DNA from: an uncultured delta proteobacterium
GTDB taxonomy: Bacteria; Myxococcota; Myxococcia; Myxococcales; Anaeromyxobacteraceae
Direction of reading: 5' to 3'
Length of the DNA: 64,000 nucleotides
NCBI GenBank assembly: GCA_963845515.1
Contig: CAWJSR010000045.1
Coordinates: 170,108 to 234,107, forward strand
The translations under genes and the position numbers were made by a program. Shown piece after piece: positions 31,271 through 41,076 of the stretch (position 1 is its first letter; every line of letters starts with the position of its first letter). The notes beneath the pieces are model-generated. The model was not told the DNA's origin, ran no database searches, and saw only the letters and a program-made list of their open reading frames with translations.

Positions 31271-31633
31271 ATGACGCCGCCGCATGCTGTGCTCGACCTC
31301 GTCCGCCGAATCGATGTCCGGAAGATCCCCGCATGGCTGTGGGGCGCGTCAAAGCCCCTCCTCAGCGCGAGCTGGCGGCGTGGTGACCGGCCCTTCAAGG
31401 CGCTGAGCGCGCTCTCGCCGCCCGCGAAGGCGTTGCTGCGACGGTACCTGGAGGAGGACACGAGGACGCTGCGTGTGCCCAAGGTGCCCAGCGTGGCGAT
31501 AGGGCTCGAGCTGGCCGACATCGTCGCGATCTACCGGGCGCCGGAGCTCGCAGGGACCGGCGACGCCTTCGTGCTCCCCATCAATGCCTGGGCATGGGAC
31601 CACCTGCACCGCCACCCGGAGCTGCTCTCCTGA
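31271..31633 (+). CDS. SieB-like (superinfection exclusion B) domain protein
   Basis: AGGAG RBS; LSPPAKALL...INAWAWDHLHRHPELL resembles the SieB-family C-terminal domain (recognised by eye). Confidence 0.45.
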   Translation: MTPPHAVLDLVRRIDVRKIPAWLWGASKPLLSASWRRGDRPFKALSALSPPAKALLRRYLEEDTRTLRVPKVPSVAIGLELADIVAIYRAPELAGTGDAFVLPINAWAWDHLHRHPELLS

Positions 31634-31677
31634 GCGGACACGCCGGGAAGCGTCGAGGAAGGGGCCGACGCGACCGT

Positions 31678-31989
31678 TCAGCCGAAGAGCGCCTCCGGGT
31701 GCTTCTTCGCGACCGAGAGGAGCTTCAGGGCGGCGTCGGAGGGGCGTCGCGCGCTCGTCTCCCACGCCTGCACGGTCCTGGGGCTCACGTTGAGGATGCG
31801 CGCGAAGGCCGCCTGGGAGACGCGGAAGCGTGCCCTGACGGCGAGGACCTCCTTCGCGCCCATCGGGTGCGGGGGCGCCAGTTCGATGTCCCTGACGGTG
31901 AGCAGGCGCGTCCCGCGGTGATACGCGATGGCGTCCTCCAGTCCGGCCTTCACCTTCGAGAAGGCGCTGCTGCGTGCCTTGTTCTTCAT
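31678..31989 (-). CDS. higA: HigA-like XRE antitoxin
   Basis: GLEDAIA...SQAAFARILNVSPRTVQAWE...PSDAALKLL. Confidence 0.85.
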   Translation of the reverse strand: MKNKARSSAFSKVKAGLEDAIAYHRGTRLLTVRDIELAPPHPMGAKEVLAVRARFRVSQAAFARILNVSPRTVQAWETSARRPSDAALKLLSVAKKHPEALFG

Positions 31990-32339
31990 GACGCTTCCTC
32001 CTTCAGCACCTTGACCAACTCTGCGACGTCGCGCCGCTCCGCGGGAGACAGGTCGGACTTCTCCCGCTTGCCGAAGATCGCGACGAGATGCGTGATCGAG
32101 CGGCGGGGAAGGTCGAGGTAGTAGACCCTGACGCCGCCCTGCTTCCCGCGGCCCACGCCCCGCTGGGCCAGCCGCACCTTCCGGAGCCCTCCGGTTCCCG
32201 GGACGAGATCGCCCGCCTGCGGGTCACGCAGGATGCTCTGCTCCAGCGCGACTAGATCATCGTGGGCCAGCTCGCGTGCCCGCTCGAGCCGCCTGCGATC
32301 TTCGGTGAAGCCGGACGATTCCACGAACTTCCGTCTCAC
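31986..32339 (-). CDS. higB: RelE/HigB-type toxin
   Basis: FVESSGF...PQAGDLVPGTGGLRKVR...GKQGGVRVYY; toxin-first gene order. Confidence 0.88.
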   Translation of the reverse strand: MRRKFVESSGFTEDRRRLERARELAHDDLVALEQSILRDPQAGDLVPGTGGLRKVRLAQRGVGRGKQGGVRVYYLDLPRRSITHLVAIFGKREKSDLSPAERRDVAELVKVLKEEAS

Positions 32340-32346
32340 CGAGTCA

Positions 32347-32377
32347 TACTACCATGTAGGTCTACTACAGGGTAGTA
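32347..32377. promoter_or_regulatory. higBA operator palindrome
   Basis: TACTACCATGTAG-N5-CTACAGGGTAGTA (1 mismatch) just upstream of the toxin start. Confidence 0.75.
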
Positions 32378-32390
32378 CTGCGATAGCCGA

Positions 32391-32524
32391 GCGACCTCAG
32401 AGCTTTGGGAAAGTCCGGGCCGGACGAGACGGATCGCTAACTTGCGGAGATCACGAGGCCCGTTGGGCTGGTTGAGTCCCGTGAAGTCCCGCTTGGCTGG
32501 CTGGATCTTGTCCGAACCTTGTCC
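32391..32524. repeat. Degenerate att-site/island end (copy 1)
   Basis: GCGACCTCAGAGCTTTGGGAA resembles the core end GCGACCCTCAGCTTGGGAA; shared GGGCTGGTT block; arm-like GATCTTGTCCGAACCTTGTCC starts 93 bp after the core end. Confidence 0.6.
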
Positions 32525-32531
32525 ACCTTCC

Positions 32532-32948
32532 TCAGGGGTCTTCCATGTCTCGGCGGGCGACGTCGTCCGTCGAGGACGTCACCACGTAGCTGCCCGTGGC
32601 GAGCAGCGAGACGACGAAGCCGCCCAAGATGGCAAAGGGCATTGGCTCACCGGACACGCGGAGAACCAGGACGCCGAGGATCGTGCCGATCAGCGACGCC
32701 ATAACACTGGCCCCGACGCTCCGTCTCGTAGGCCAGACTCCGGCCATCACCGACGCCAGCACGACGGCGGCGGGCATGACCAAGCCGCCAACGGCGAGCC
32801 AGTACATCCAGGAGCCGTTGAAGGCACGCCCATCCACGGCGAGTCGGGCCATGACGAACCACGCGGCCACGGACGCGCCCCAGGGCAAGCCGACGCGGAT
32901 CGAGGGCCTGCATCGGCGGCCGAGGGTGCTGGGCCAGAGGTCAAACAC
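32532..32948 (-). CDS. Membrane hypothetical protein
   Basis: Four hydrophobic segments; start uncertain. Confidence 0.45.
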   Translation of the reverse strand: MFDLWPSTLGRRCRPSIRVGLPWGASVAAWFVMARLAVDGRAFNGSWMYWLAVGGLVMPAAVVLASVMAGVWPTRRSVGASVMASLIGTILGVLVLRVSGEPMPFAILGGFVVSLLATGSYVVTSSTDDVARRDMEDP

Positions 32949-33011
32949 GCGTGAAGTTAGAGCACGGACTGCGACAGCCAGTGAAGCAGTTGATCCGACC
33001 CGTGCAGCTCC

Positions 33012-33644
33012 TCAGTCGAGCGGCTCGTAGTACTGCGGCATCCGCTGGCGCGTGACGACGAAAGTCTTCCCCTCACGCCCCTTTGGCCGAAGCAGCCCGT
33101 ACTTCTGGTTGAGCGAAGTCGAGGGGAAGGAACCGAAGGCGACCTCTCCCTCACAGGGCACGGCAGGACAGACGAACAGGGTGACCTTCTCGGCAGGCGG
33201 CTTCCCGCAGGCGCTAGGGTACCGGCCGCAGATGGCGGCCACGATCTGGCCCGAGAGGTCCGCTTGGACCGGCGCCTCCCCGACGAGGACGTACTTCCTC
33301 GTTGGGTGCCCCGGCGTCTCGAAGAAGTCCTCCGCAACCGTCAGGAGCACGGTCTCGGAGCCCGATCGAATGCTCAACTCGATCGTAAGGTCGTGATCGA
33401 TGGCCCCAAAGCGCTCCGCGTTCGCCTGGACCAGGGACGCCAACGCGAAGAGCACGGAGCGGGGATCCTTGATTGCTCGGTCACTGCCGTCGGGGTAGTC
33501 GAGCACGACGCTGTAGAGGACGTGCAGCGTGAACTTGCCGACCGTGACCCGGATGCCGGCCTCGCTACTGGCGCGCGCAGCGGCAGGCGCGCCGGCCAGC
33601 GCCAAGGCCACCGCGAGCGCAGCCGTCTTGGAGCAAAGGCTCAT
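33012..33644 (-). CDS. Secreted hypothetical protein
   Basis: Signal peptide ...AGAPAAARA; four Cys in the mature region. Confidence 0.6.
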   Translation of the reverse strand: MSLCSKTAALAVALALAGAPAAARASSEAGIRVTVGKFTLHVLYSVVLDYPDGSDRAIKDPRSVLFALASLVQANAERFGAIDHDLTIELSIRSGSETVLLTVAEDFFETPGHPTRKYVLVGEAPVQADLSGQIVAAICGRYPSACGKPPAEKVTLFVCPAVPCEGEVAFGSFPSTSLNQKYGLLRPKGREGKTFVVTRQRMPQYYEPLD

Positions 33645-33700
33645 GCTCGGTCAGTGTAACCCGAGCCGAGCGCCACCAACGTCGGCGCGGCCTCCACGCG

Positions 33701-33740
33701 GAAAAGACGAAGGGGCTCCGCCGGATGACGGAACCCCTCG
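33701..33740 (-). terminator. Intrinsic terminator downstream of the tRNA fragment
   Basis: Minus strand GAGGGGTTCCG...CGGAGCCCCTT followed by CGTCTTTT. Confidence 0.65.
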
Positions 33741-33745
33741 TAATT

Positions 33746-33790
33746 TGGAGCGGGAAACCGGATTCGAACCGGCGACCCTCAGCTTGGGAA
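33746..33790 (-). repeat. 3' half of tRNA-Gly(CCC), att-site remnant (copy 2)
   Basis: Minus strand TTCCCAA GCTGAGGGTC GCCGG TTCGAAT CCGGT TTCCCGC TCCA; starts at the anticodon loop; 5' half absent. Confidence 0.92.
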
Positions 33791-33913
33791 CGTGAGCGGC
33801 GAGGCCCGAACCTTCAAGAATCCCAACGAAACGGGGGCTCGCTGGGCTGGTTCACTTACGCAGAATCCCATTCGGCTGGGACGACCTTGCCCGGACCTTG
33901 CCCGGAAGTAACG

Positions 33914-34252
33914 TCAGCCGTGGGCGAGCTTCGCGCTCACGAGCCGGTTCAAGGAGACGTGGGACTCCGCGGCCTCGATGGTGAGCTTCCGATGCACCTG
34001 GGGCGGAATCCTGACCTTGAACTGGCCGCTGTACCGGCGGATCGAAAGCGGCCCCGGCACGGCCTCATGCTGGCGGGTCATGTCGGCGAGCGCTTCGCGC
34101 GCCGCGTCGACGATGCCGCGCAACGCCGCGGTCTGGGACTTGTCCAGCCAACTGAGGCTCGGAAGCTCGGCGCAGAGGCCGACGTACTCCCGATCCTCGT
34201 CCGACCAGATGACACGATAGGTGTACTTCTCTGCGATGGAATGCGTCTTCAT
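33914..34252 (-). CDS. hicB: HicB antitoxin
   Basis: YTYRVIWSDEDREYVGLCAELPSLSW...YSGQFKVRIPP..HRKL..EAAE..VSLN. Confidence 0.92.
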   Translation of the reverse strand: MKTHSIAEKYTYRVIWSDEDREYVGLCAELPSLSWLDKSQTAALRGIVDAAREALADMTRQHEAVPGPLSIRRYSGQFKVRIPPQVHRKLTIEAAESHVSLNRLVSAKLAHG

Positions 34253-34515
34253 GGCTTCCTCTCGTCCAGCAGGCGGTCGATCGCTTGGAGGACCTGCCGG
34301 ACCTGATACGGCTTCGCCTTTCCCCCCGCGCCCGGCTGAAGGTTCACCCGAGGGTCGCCTGCCCAGGGCATCTTCCAGACGTGGTGGCTCGATCCCTTCT
34401 GCCGCGGGGGTCCGAAGTAGTGGGTCGCAACCTTGCACGCGTCGGCGAAACGGATCGCGGCGGGGCTTGCCCTCATCGCCGCCAGGAGTTCGTCGATACC
34501 CTTGCCCACGGACAT
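34249..34515 (-). CDS. hicA: HicA toxin
   Basis: IRFAD..KV..HYFG.PRQKGSSH...PW.GDPRVNLQ...AKPYQVRQV. Confidence 0.9.
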   Translation of the reverse strand: MSVGKGIDELLAAMRASPAAIRFADACKVATHYFGPPRQKGSSHHVWKMPWAGDPRVNLQPGAGGKAKPYQVRQVLQAIDRLLDERKP

Positions 34516-34539
34516 AGTGGTGTCACTAATGACCCCACT
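34516..34539. promoter_or_regulatory. hicAB operator palindrome
   Basis: AGTGGTGTCA-CTAA-TGACCCCACT (1 mismatch) abutting the hicA ATG. Confidence 0.7.
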
Positions 34540-34668
34540 CGTCAAGCCGCCGCCGGGCGGTGCCCCACATCGTCAGGCTGAGGTTCGCAGCAGGAAGCTG
34601 CGCAATGGCAGCGGTTCCACGAAAGCACCATCTGCGCGGGCAAGGTCCGGGCAAGGAATCCACGGCCC

Positions 34669-34714
34669 AAAGAAACGCCGAAGGGCTCCCGGCGGTCACC
34701 CTGGAAGCCCCTCG
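34669..34714 (-). terminator. Intrinsic terminator downstream of the second tRNA fragment
   Basis: GAGGGGCTTCC...GGGAGCCCTTC hairpin followed by GGCGTTTCTTT. Confidence 0.55.
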
Positions 34715-34730
34715 TGATCACTTCGGATAT

Positions 34731-34775
34731 TGGAGCGGGAAACCGGATTCGAACCGGCGACCCTCAGCTTGGGAA
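34731..34775 (-). repeat. 3' half of tRNA-Gly(CCC), att-site remnant (copy 3)
   Basis: Identical 45-bp copy of 33746-33790. Confidence 0.92.
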
Positions 34776-34906
34776 TATGACGAGCGGCGCCGGGATGTCG
34801 CGAAAAGGCCGGAAAACGGGGTCGGAACCGCTGGTTCAGTCGCGGCAAAACCGGGCAGTGCGACGACGACCTTGCCCGGACCTTGCCTGTCACGGCAGAC
34901 CGGGAT

Positions 34907-36073
34907 TCACGCAGGCGCAACTTGATCAAGGAGATCGCGGAACTCGTGGTGTCCGTTAGCGCCCAACTGATCGACCAGCCTCCGAGCTTCTTCCTGCGTC
35001 GAAGGATCGCCGCTCGATAGAGCCCCAGCCAGGACCACTCGAATCCGCTCCCTGATCGCGAGCACGAGCCACGCGTCGCGGCTGCCATCAATGAGTGCCT
35101 TCAAGCACCTGGTGGTCTCGAGCGCATGCGTAGGCGAGAGGCGAGCGAGCTCCTCGGCGACGAACGGTTCAGGCTCGACGCGCCCGCCGGCCCGGAGGAT
35201 GGACCCGAGCTGATCGAGCGCCCAGCCCGAATCGAACTTGGCCGACGCAAACCACCATCCGAACGCCGAGATCTCCTCCGAGTGGGAAGCGAGGTCCTTC
35301 GAGGCGACGTTCCACCGGTACAGCCAGAGCTGCTGCATGTGTTCCGCTTCTTCGCGTGAAAGCGTCTCCTTCATCTCGTGGAGCGAGTGACCGGCGTACC
35401 CCAGCGCACGACCCAGAACGCCATCGGGCGCGACTGCAAAGAACCGCTCCAGTAGACCGCCGGGTTCGAGGGTGAGTCGCCGCAGCCAGTAGAGCGCCAT
35501 CAAGTGCTCAGCGAGGTGCCGAGATGGATCGCGAGGATCGCTCACGGTGATCTCCCGCATCGCGAGAGCCTCCACCGCACGCCGGTACTCAGACTCTAGG
35601 AGCGGGAACACGTCGTTGTATGCCCGACAGAACGTCACGTAGGTATCCCACGCCGCATCTCGCAGTTCTGCCAGGCTGCTGTCGGCAGGAAACAGGGCCG
35701 GGACATGCTCCAGCGCCCAATCGCGGTCGAGAAGAGCGATCCACGGGAACCATCTTCCGAGGACGGAGCGGATCGCAGGAGACGGGTCGACGGCCGGATC
35801 GAGGTGCCTCTCCAGCGTCTCACGGATCTCCGGGATTTCGTCGAATCCGCGCGCCGCTCGAGCGGACGCGTCGGCTTGGTCCATGCCCCGCCTCACCCAC
35901 AGCCCGAACTGAATGGTCGTATCAAGCGCCTTCCCGCGAACCGAGTTGATCGCGACATCCAACGGATCCCCGTTGTTTCCAGAATAGGCGTCCGATTCTC
36001 GTCGTGGACTGGGATCCAGATCATCGGTGAGCGGCTTGAGCACCTGCCACGTCGCGTGACGGAGCGCTTGGGG
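34907..36073 (-). pseudogene. C-terminal part of a large helical protein split by a transposon
   Basis: PQALRHATWQVL...DPLDVAINSVRGKA...; continues the N-terminal part ending ...DRPGCIP at 41189. Confidence 0.8.
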
Positions 36074-36171
36074 TGAGCACGGGCAAGCACCGCGATGGCG
36101 AGAAGGGCGGCCTCCGGTCACGGTAGCCGAGGGACGGTGGCCGCGCACCACCAAGTATCGTGGCGCTGAAG

Positions 36172-37129
36172 TCAGCGCCCGCAGCAGCGCTTGAACTTCT
36201 TGCCGGAGCCGCAGGGGCAGGGATCGTTGCGGCCAACGCGCGGCACGGCAACCGCGGCCTGTGGAGCTGGCCCGGGGGGCTGTGAGCGAGGGAGCATGGC
36301 TCCGATCTGCTGGATGCGCCGGTTGCGATCGCCAAGGTGTACGGCGACGAGATAGCGCCGCTGGAATGCGGCCCAGAGATACTGGAGCAGCTCTGCGTCG
36401 CGGCGCGACGCATCGAACTCGCGCGCCTCGCCGCCCGGGAGTCCGACGAGGATTGAGCCGACCTGGCGAAACTTTCCGTTGTCCTTCACCTCCATGAACA
36501 CGAGGCGCACCTGGCTGCAGGGGCATGCCGGCTTCCTGCAGTAGTGCTCCGACGCGAAGAAGACGCGCTTGTCCTCGTAGAGGAAGTGATCGACCCGGTC
36601 GTCCGGGAACATCTCTTCCCAGAAGACCATTTCATCGGGATCGCGCTTGCTCCAGTCGATCGTTTTCCAGCCCCGCGTTGATTGAAGCCCCTTCGCCCGG
36701 ATCCAGCGCTCGTGGAGGCTGTCGAGAAGGTCCCCGTCCATGCGGGTGCGAAGGTAGGCGAGCCACTCATCACTGAGCGTGGTTCGAGTGTCGGTAGCCC
36801 GAAGAGGGCCGACGAGCCCGAGGTCAAGGTCGACCATGGCGACCTTCTTCTCGCCATCGTCGAGCATCCGGCGGAACATCTCGTAGTCTTCGGGAGGCCG
36901 GTCGAGTTCGAGCTTCGACCGCCTCCAGCGTCACCTCGCGGCACGTACACCCCGGCTGCGTGCAGACCTCGACGCGAGAGACGAGCAAGCGTGACGGGCC
37001 ATTCGGGCCGAGGACTCGTTCGAACACGAGCAGACCGTTGGGAAAGAGCTGCCAGGATTGACTGCTCTTGACCAAGGCGGCGTCGGACGCCGGCGGCTCG
37101 TTCAGGGGCTGGACGGTTTCAGCGCTCAA
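36172..37129 (-). CDS. SEC-C motif protein with two CxxPxCxC motifs, frameshift near 36915
   Basis: [19 protein letters not shown]-terminal [19 protein letters not shown]. Confidence 0.8.
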
Positions 37130-37139
37130 GGAGGTCCTC

Positions 37140-37715
37140 TTGTCGTGGCAGAAGCTGGTGTGCGATCCGAGGTTGTACCTGCTCCTCTACCGTTGTGACG
37201 AGGACCGGGCGGCCGAGGTCAAGGCTGCGGGCTGCCTGGTCTGCGGCGGCGTCCTTCACTCCGCCGCGTTCCGCCGAAAGCCCCGTGGTGAGCCCGAGGG
37301 GCTCGGCGAGGATCGCGAGCGACGGTGCAGCTTCTGCTGCGCCGAGGACGGCTGCCGCAAGCGCCATACGCCTTCGTCGCTGCGCTTCCTCGGGCGCAAG
37401 GTCTACCTCGGCGCGGTGGTGGTGCTCGTCTCGGCGATGCGGGAGGGGGCGACGCCGGCGAGGATGCGGACGCTGCGCGCCCTGCTCGGCGTGAGCCGGC
37501 GGACGGTGGAGCGCTGGCGCGAGTGGTGGAAGACGACCTTCGCCGAGACGCGGTGCTGGCGGGAGGCGGCCCAGGGCTTCGTTCCCTCGGTCGAGACCGG
37601 GCGCCTCCCCGCGTCGCTCCTCGAGCGCTTCCTGGGCAACGACGAGGCGCGGCTTATCCTGCTCCTGCGCCTCCTCGGCCCGATCACCGGCGGGTCCCCC
37701 GCGCACGCTCGCTGA
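37140..37715 (+). CDS. Transposon accessory protein (zinc finger + HTH)
   Basis: AAGGAGG RBS and TTG start; CLVCGG.LH...SFCC..DGCRKR.TP.SLRFLGRKVY; GVSRRTVERWR. Confidence 0.75.
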   Translation: MSWQKLVCDPRLYLLLYRCDEDRAAEVKAAGCLVCGGVLHSAAFRRKPRGEPEGLGEDRERRCSFCCAEDGCRKRHTPSSLRFLGRKVYLGAVVVLVSAMREGATPARMRTLRALLGVSRRTVERWREWWKTTFAETRCWREAAQGFVPSVETGRLPASLLERFLGNDEARLILLLRLLGPITGGSPAHAR

Positions 37716-37802
37716 CGGGCCGCGCCGACCCGCAGAAGATGCCCGTCGATCCGGCGACGGGCGGCCGACTACGGTGCGCGCTCCTTCAAGTTGGAGCGCC
37801 GT

Positions 37803-39275
37803 GTGACGAAGAGTGAAAAGCCGAGAGTCCACGAGTCCTGGGCCCACCTGCGCTTCTCGGTGGTGGGGCAGCTGCTGGCCGCGCCGCCGGAGAAGGGCGA
37901 GCTGCGCGGGGAGTTGGAGCGGCTCGCCGCGCGGACGTGGCGTCACCCAGCGACGAGCGAGCCCGTCCGCTTCGGGGTCTCGACGATCGAGCGCTGGTAC
38001 TACCGGGCGCTCCGGGAGAAGCGCGACCCGGTGGGCGTCCTGCGGCGCAAGGTGCGCAAGGACGCGGGGAACCAGGCGTCGATGAGCGAGGCGGTGCGGC
38101 AGGCGCTGCTCGCGCAGTACGCGGCGCACAAGAGCTGGAGCGACCAGCTCCACCACGACAACCTCGTCGCGCTCGCCGAGACGAAGCCCGAGCTCGGGCC
38201 GGTGCCGTCGTACTCGACGGTGCGCCGCTTCATGAAGGCGAACGGCCTCTTCCGGCGGCGGCGCGTCACGTCGCGCCGGACCGAGGGGGCCGAGCGCGCC
38301 GAGGCACGCCTCGACGATCGCGAGGTGCGCAGCTACGAGGCCGCGTACGTGAACGGCCTGTGGCACTGGGACTTCCACCACGGCTCGCAAGAAGGTGCTC
38401 ACGCCGCGCGGCGAGTGGGTGACGCCGCTCCTGTTCGGCGTCCTCGACGACCGCTCGCGACGTCGCCTGCCACCTGCAGTGGTACCTCGCACGAGAACGC
38501 CGAGAACCTCGCCCACGGCTTGTCGCAGGCGATCCAGAAGCGCGGGCTGCCGCGGGCGGCCATGAGCGACAACGGCGCCGCCGATGATCGCGGCGGAGAT
38601 CGCGGAGGGGCTCACCCGGCTCGGCATCGCCCACGAGACGACGCTGCCCTACAGCCCCTACCAGAACGGGAAGCAGGAGAACTTCTGGGCCCAGGTCGAG
38701 GGGCGGCTCCTCGCCATGCTCGAGGACGTCCCCGACCTGACGCTCGCCCGTGCTCAACGAGGCGACGCAGGCGTGGGTGGAGCTCGAGTACAACCGCAAG
38801 CGTCCACTCCGAGATCGGACGAGACGCCGATCGCGCGCTTCCTCGCCGGCCCCGACGTCACGCGACCGAGCCCGGACAGCGCCGCGCTGCGGCTCGCCTT
38901 CACGCGGGCGGACCGGCGCACGCAGCGCCGCAGCGACGGCACCGATCGTCATCGAGGGCCGCCGCTTCGAGGTCCCGGGCCGCTACCGGCATCTGCGAGC
39001 GCGTCGAGGTCCGCTACGCGAGCTGGGACCTCACGGCCGTCCACCTCGTCGACGAGCGCACCGGCGCGGTGCTCTGCCGGCTCTATCCGCAGGACAAGAC
39101 CCGGAACGCCGAGCGGCCAGCGCCGACCGCTCGACCCGATCGTCGCCCGACGCGCGTCCGGCCGGCCGCCGGCGACCGGCATCGCGCCGCTGCTCGCGCA
39201 GCTGCATCGCCGAGCAGGCCGCCACCGGCCTGCCGCCCGCCTACCTCCCCAAGGACGAAGGAGACGAACGCGTGA
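37803..39275 (+). CDS. DDE transposase (integrase core, Mu-like C-terminus), many frameshifts
   Basis: HTH STIERWYY; LWHWDFH, GVLDD, SDNGA, PYSPYQNGKQE segments in alternating frames. Confidence 0.85.
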   Translation: MTKSEKPRVHESWAHLRFSVVGQLLAAPPEKGELRGELERLAARTWRHPATSEPVRFGVSTIERWYYRALREKRDPVGVLRRKVRKDAGNQASMSEAVRQALLAQYAAHKSWSDQLHHDNLVALAETKPELGPVPSYSTVRRFMKANGLFRRRRVTSRRTEGAERAEARLDDREVRSYEAAYVNGLWHWDFHHGSQEGAHAARRVGDAAPVRRPRRPLATSPATCSGTSHENAENLAHGLSQAIQKRGLPRAAMSDNGAADDRGGDRGGAHPARHRPRDDAALQPLPEREAGELLGPGRGAAPRHARGRPRPDARPCSTRRRRRGWSSSTTASVHSEIGRDADRALPRRPRRHATEPGQRRAAARLHAGGPAHAAPQRRHRSSSRAAASRSRAATGICERVEVRYASWDLTAVHLVDERTGAVLCRLYPQDKTRNAERPAPTARPDRRPTRVRPAAGDRHRAAARAAASPSRPPPACRPPTSPRTKETNA

Positions 39276-40129
39276 ACAAGAAGCTGCTCGCGCTCTACGG
39301 CCTCAAGTGGAACCCGTTCGCCCCCGACGTGCCGGTCGAGGCGCTGCACGTCTCGCCCGCGCATCGAGCGCTTCGGCTGGCGCGTCGAGCAGCTCGTCGG
39401 CGAGGGCGGCTTCGCCCTCGTCACCGGCGCACCCGGCACCGGCAAGTCGGTGACGCTGCGCATCCTCGCCGAGCGGCTCGCGCAGCCAGCGCGACGTCAA
39501 GGTCGGCGTGATCAGCCGCCCGCAGGCCGGCCTCGCCGACTTCTACCGCGAGATGGGCGACCTCTTCGGCGTCGAGCTCGCACCCGCACAACCGCTGGGC
39601 CGGCTCCAAGGTCCTGCGCGAGCGCTGGCAGACCCACATCGACGCCGCGCTCTCCGGCCGGTGCTCCTCGTCGACGAGGCGCAGGAGATGCTGCCCGCCG
39701 TCCTCGCCGAGCTGCGCCTGCCTCGTCCGCGCGAGGCTCGACTCCCACATGCTGCTCACCGTCGTGCTCGCCGGCGACGGCCGCCTCGTGCGAGCGCTTC
39801 CGCTCCGACGAGCTCCTGCCGCTCGACAGCCGCATGCGCGTCCGCCTCGCGCTGCGAGCCGCGCCACGCCCGAGGAGCTGGCCGAGACTGCCTGCGCCAC
39901 GCGCTGGCGCAAGGCCGGCGCCGCGAAGCTGATGACTCCCGAGCTGATCGCGACGCTCTGCGATCACGCCCAGGGCAACCACCGCGCGCTCATGAACATG
40001 GCCGGCGAGCTGCTCGCCGCGGCCGCGCAGCGCGAGCGCCCGCCAGCTCGACGAGAAGCTCTTCCTCGAGATCTTCGCCGCGCCGCCGCCGCACGCGAGG
40101 CGAAGGCCGCGGCGGCGCCGCGGCGATGA
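39272..40129 (+). CDS. ExeA/TniB-like AAA+ ATPase, many frameshifts
   Basis: LYGLKWNPF, Walker A GAPGTGKS, Walker B LLVDEAQEM, GNHRALMNM. Confidence 0.85.
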
Positions 40130-41076
40130 GCCTGCTCCCGGTCGAGCCCGCCCACCGCCTCGCCGCCCGCGCCGAGGAGCAACGCTGGCTCATCACCGGC
40201 CTGTGGGCCGAGGAGGCCGTCGGCATCGTCGGCGGCGAGCCGAAGTGCTGCAAGTCCTTCCTCGCCCTCGACCTCGCCGTCTCCGTCGCCGCCGGCACGC
40301 CCTGCCTGCGCCGCTTCCCGGTGACCGCGCCCGGGCCGCGTCCTGCTCTTCGCCGCCGAGGACGCGCTGCACGTCGTGCGCCGCCGGCTCGACGGCATCT
40401 GCGCCGCCGCCGGCATCGCCTCGCCGATCTCGACATCCAGGTCATCACCGCGCCGAGCCTGCGGCTCGACCTCGACGCCGACCGGGCGAGCCTCGCCGAG
40501 ACCGTCGCCGAAGCTGCAGCCGCGCCTGCTCGTCCTCGATCCCTTCGTGCGCCTGCACCGCATCGACGAGAACGCCTCCGGCGAGGTCGCGCCGCTGCTC
40601 GCCTACCTGCGCGAGCTGCAGCGCCGCCACGGCGTCGCCGTCGTCGCTCGTCCACCACGCCAGGAAGGGCGCCGGCCGCGCCCGCGCCGGCCAGGCCCTG
40701 CGCGGCTCCTCCGAGTTCCACGCCTGGGGCGACTCCAACCTCTACCTGCGCCGCCACGGCGACGACCTCACGCTCACCGTCGAGCATCGCGCCGCGCCGT
40801 CCGTGCCGGCGATCGCCCTCGCGCTCGACCCAGCGCGGCGACGCCCTCGCTCTTCAGCGTCGCCGAGCGCCGCGCGGAGCCCGAGCCGCCGCCCACCTCG
40901 GTCGGACGAGCGCATCACCCGCGCTCTCGCCGACGCCGGCCGGCCTGTCCCGCTCGCCGAGCTGCGCGCCGCCTGCCGCAGTCCGCAACGCCACGCTCTA
41001 CGAGCGCCTCGCCGCCCTCACCGCCGCTGGCCGCCTCGTCCGCGCCGGCGACGGCTACCGCCTCACCGCGCGCTGA
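40126..41076 (+). CDS. AAA_25/RecA-like ATPase with C-terminal wHTH, many frameshifts
   Basis: WLITGLW, GGEPKCCKS, AAED, LVLDPFVRLH..DEN, VHHARK, LRGSSEFHAWGD. Confidence 0.82.
   Translation: MSLLPVEPAHRLAARAEEQRWLITGLWAEEAVGIVGGEPKCCKSFLALDLAVSVAAGTPCLRRFPVTAPGPRPALRRRGRAARRAPPARRHLRRRRHRLADLDIQVITAPSLRLDLDADRASLAETVAEAAAAPARPRSLRAPAPHRRERLRRGRAAARLPARAAAPPRRRRRRSSTTPGRAPAAPAPARPCAAPPSSTPGATPTSTCAATATTSRSPSSIAPRRPCRRSPSRSTQRGDALALQRRRAPRGARAAAHLGRTSASPALSPTPAGLSRSPSCAPPAAVRNATLYERLAALTAAGRLVRAGDGYRLTAR

Noticed and set aside
33746..34775. Two functional tRNA-Gly genes or a CRISPR-like repeat
   Set aside because: Only 3' halves are present; two copies 985 bp apart with genes between them, no spacer array and no cas genes
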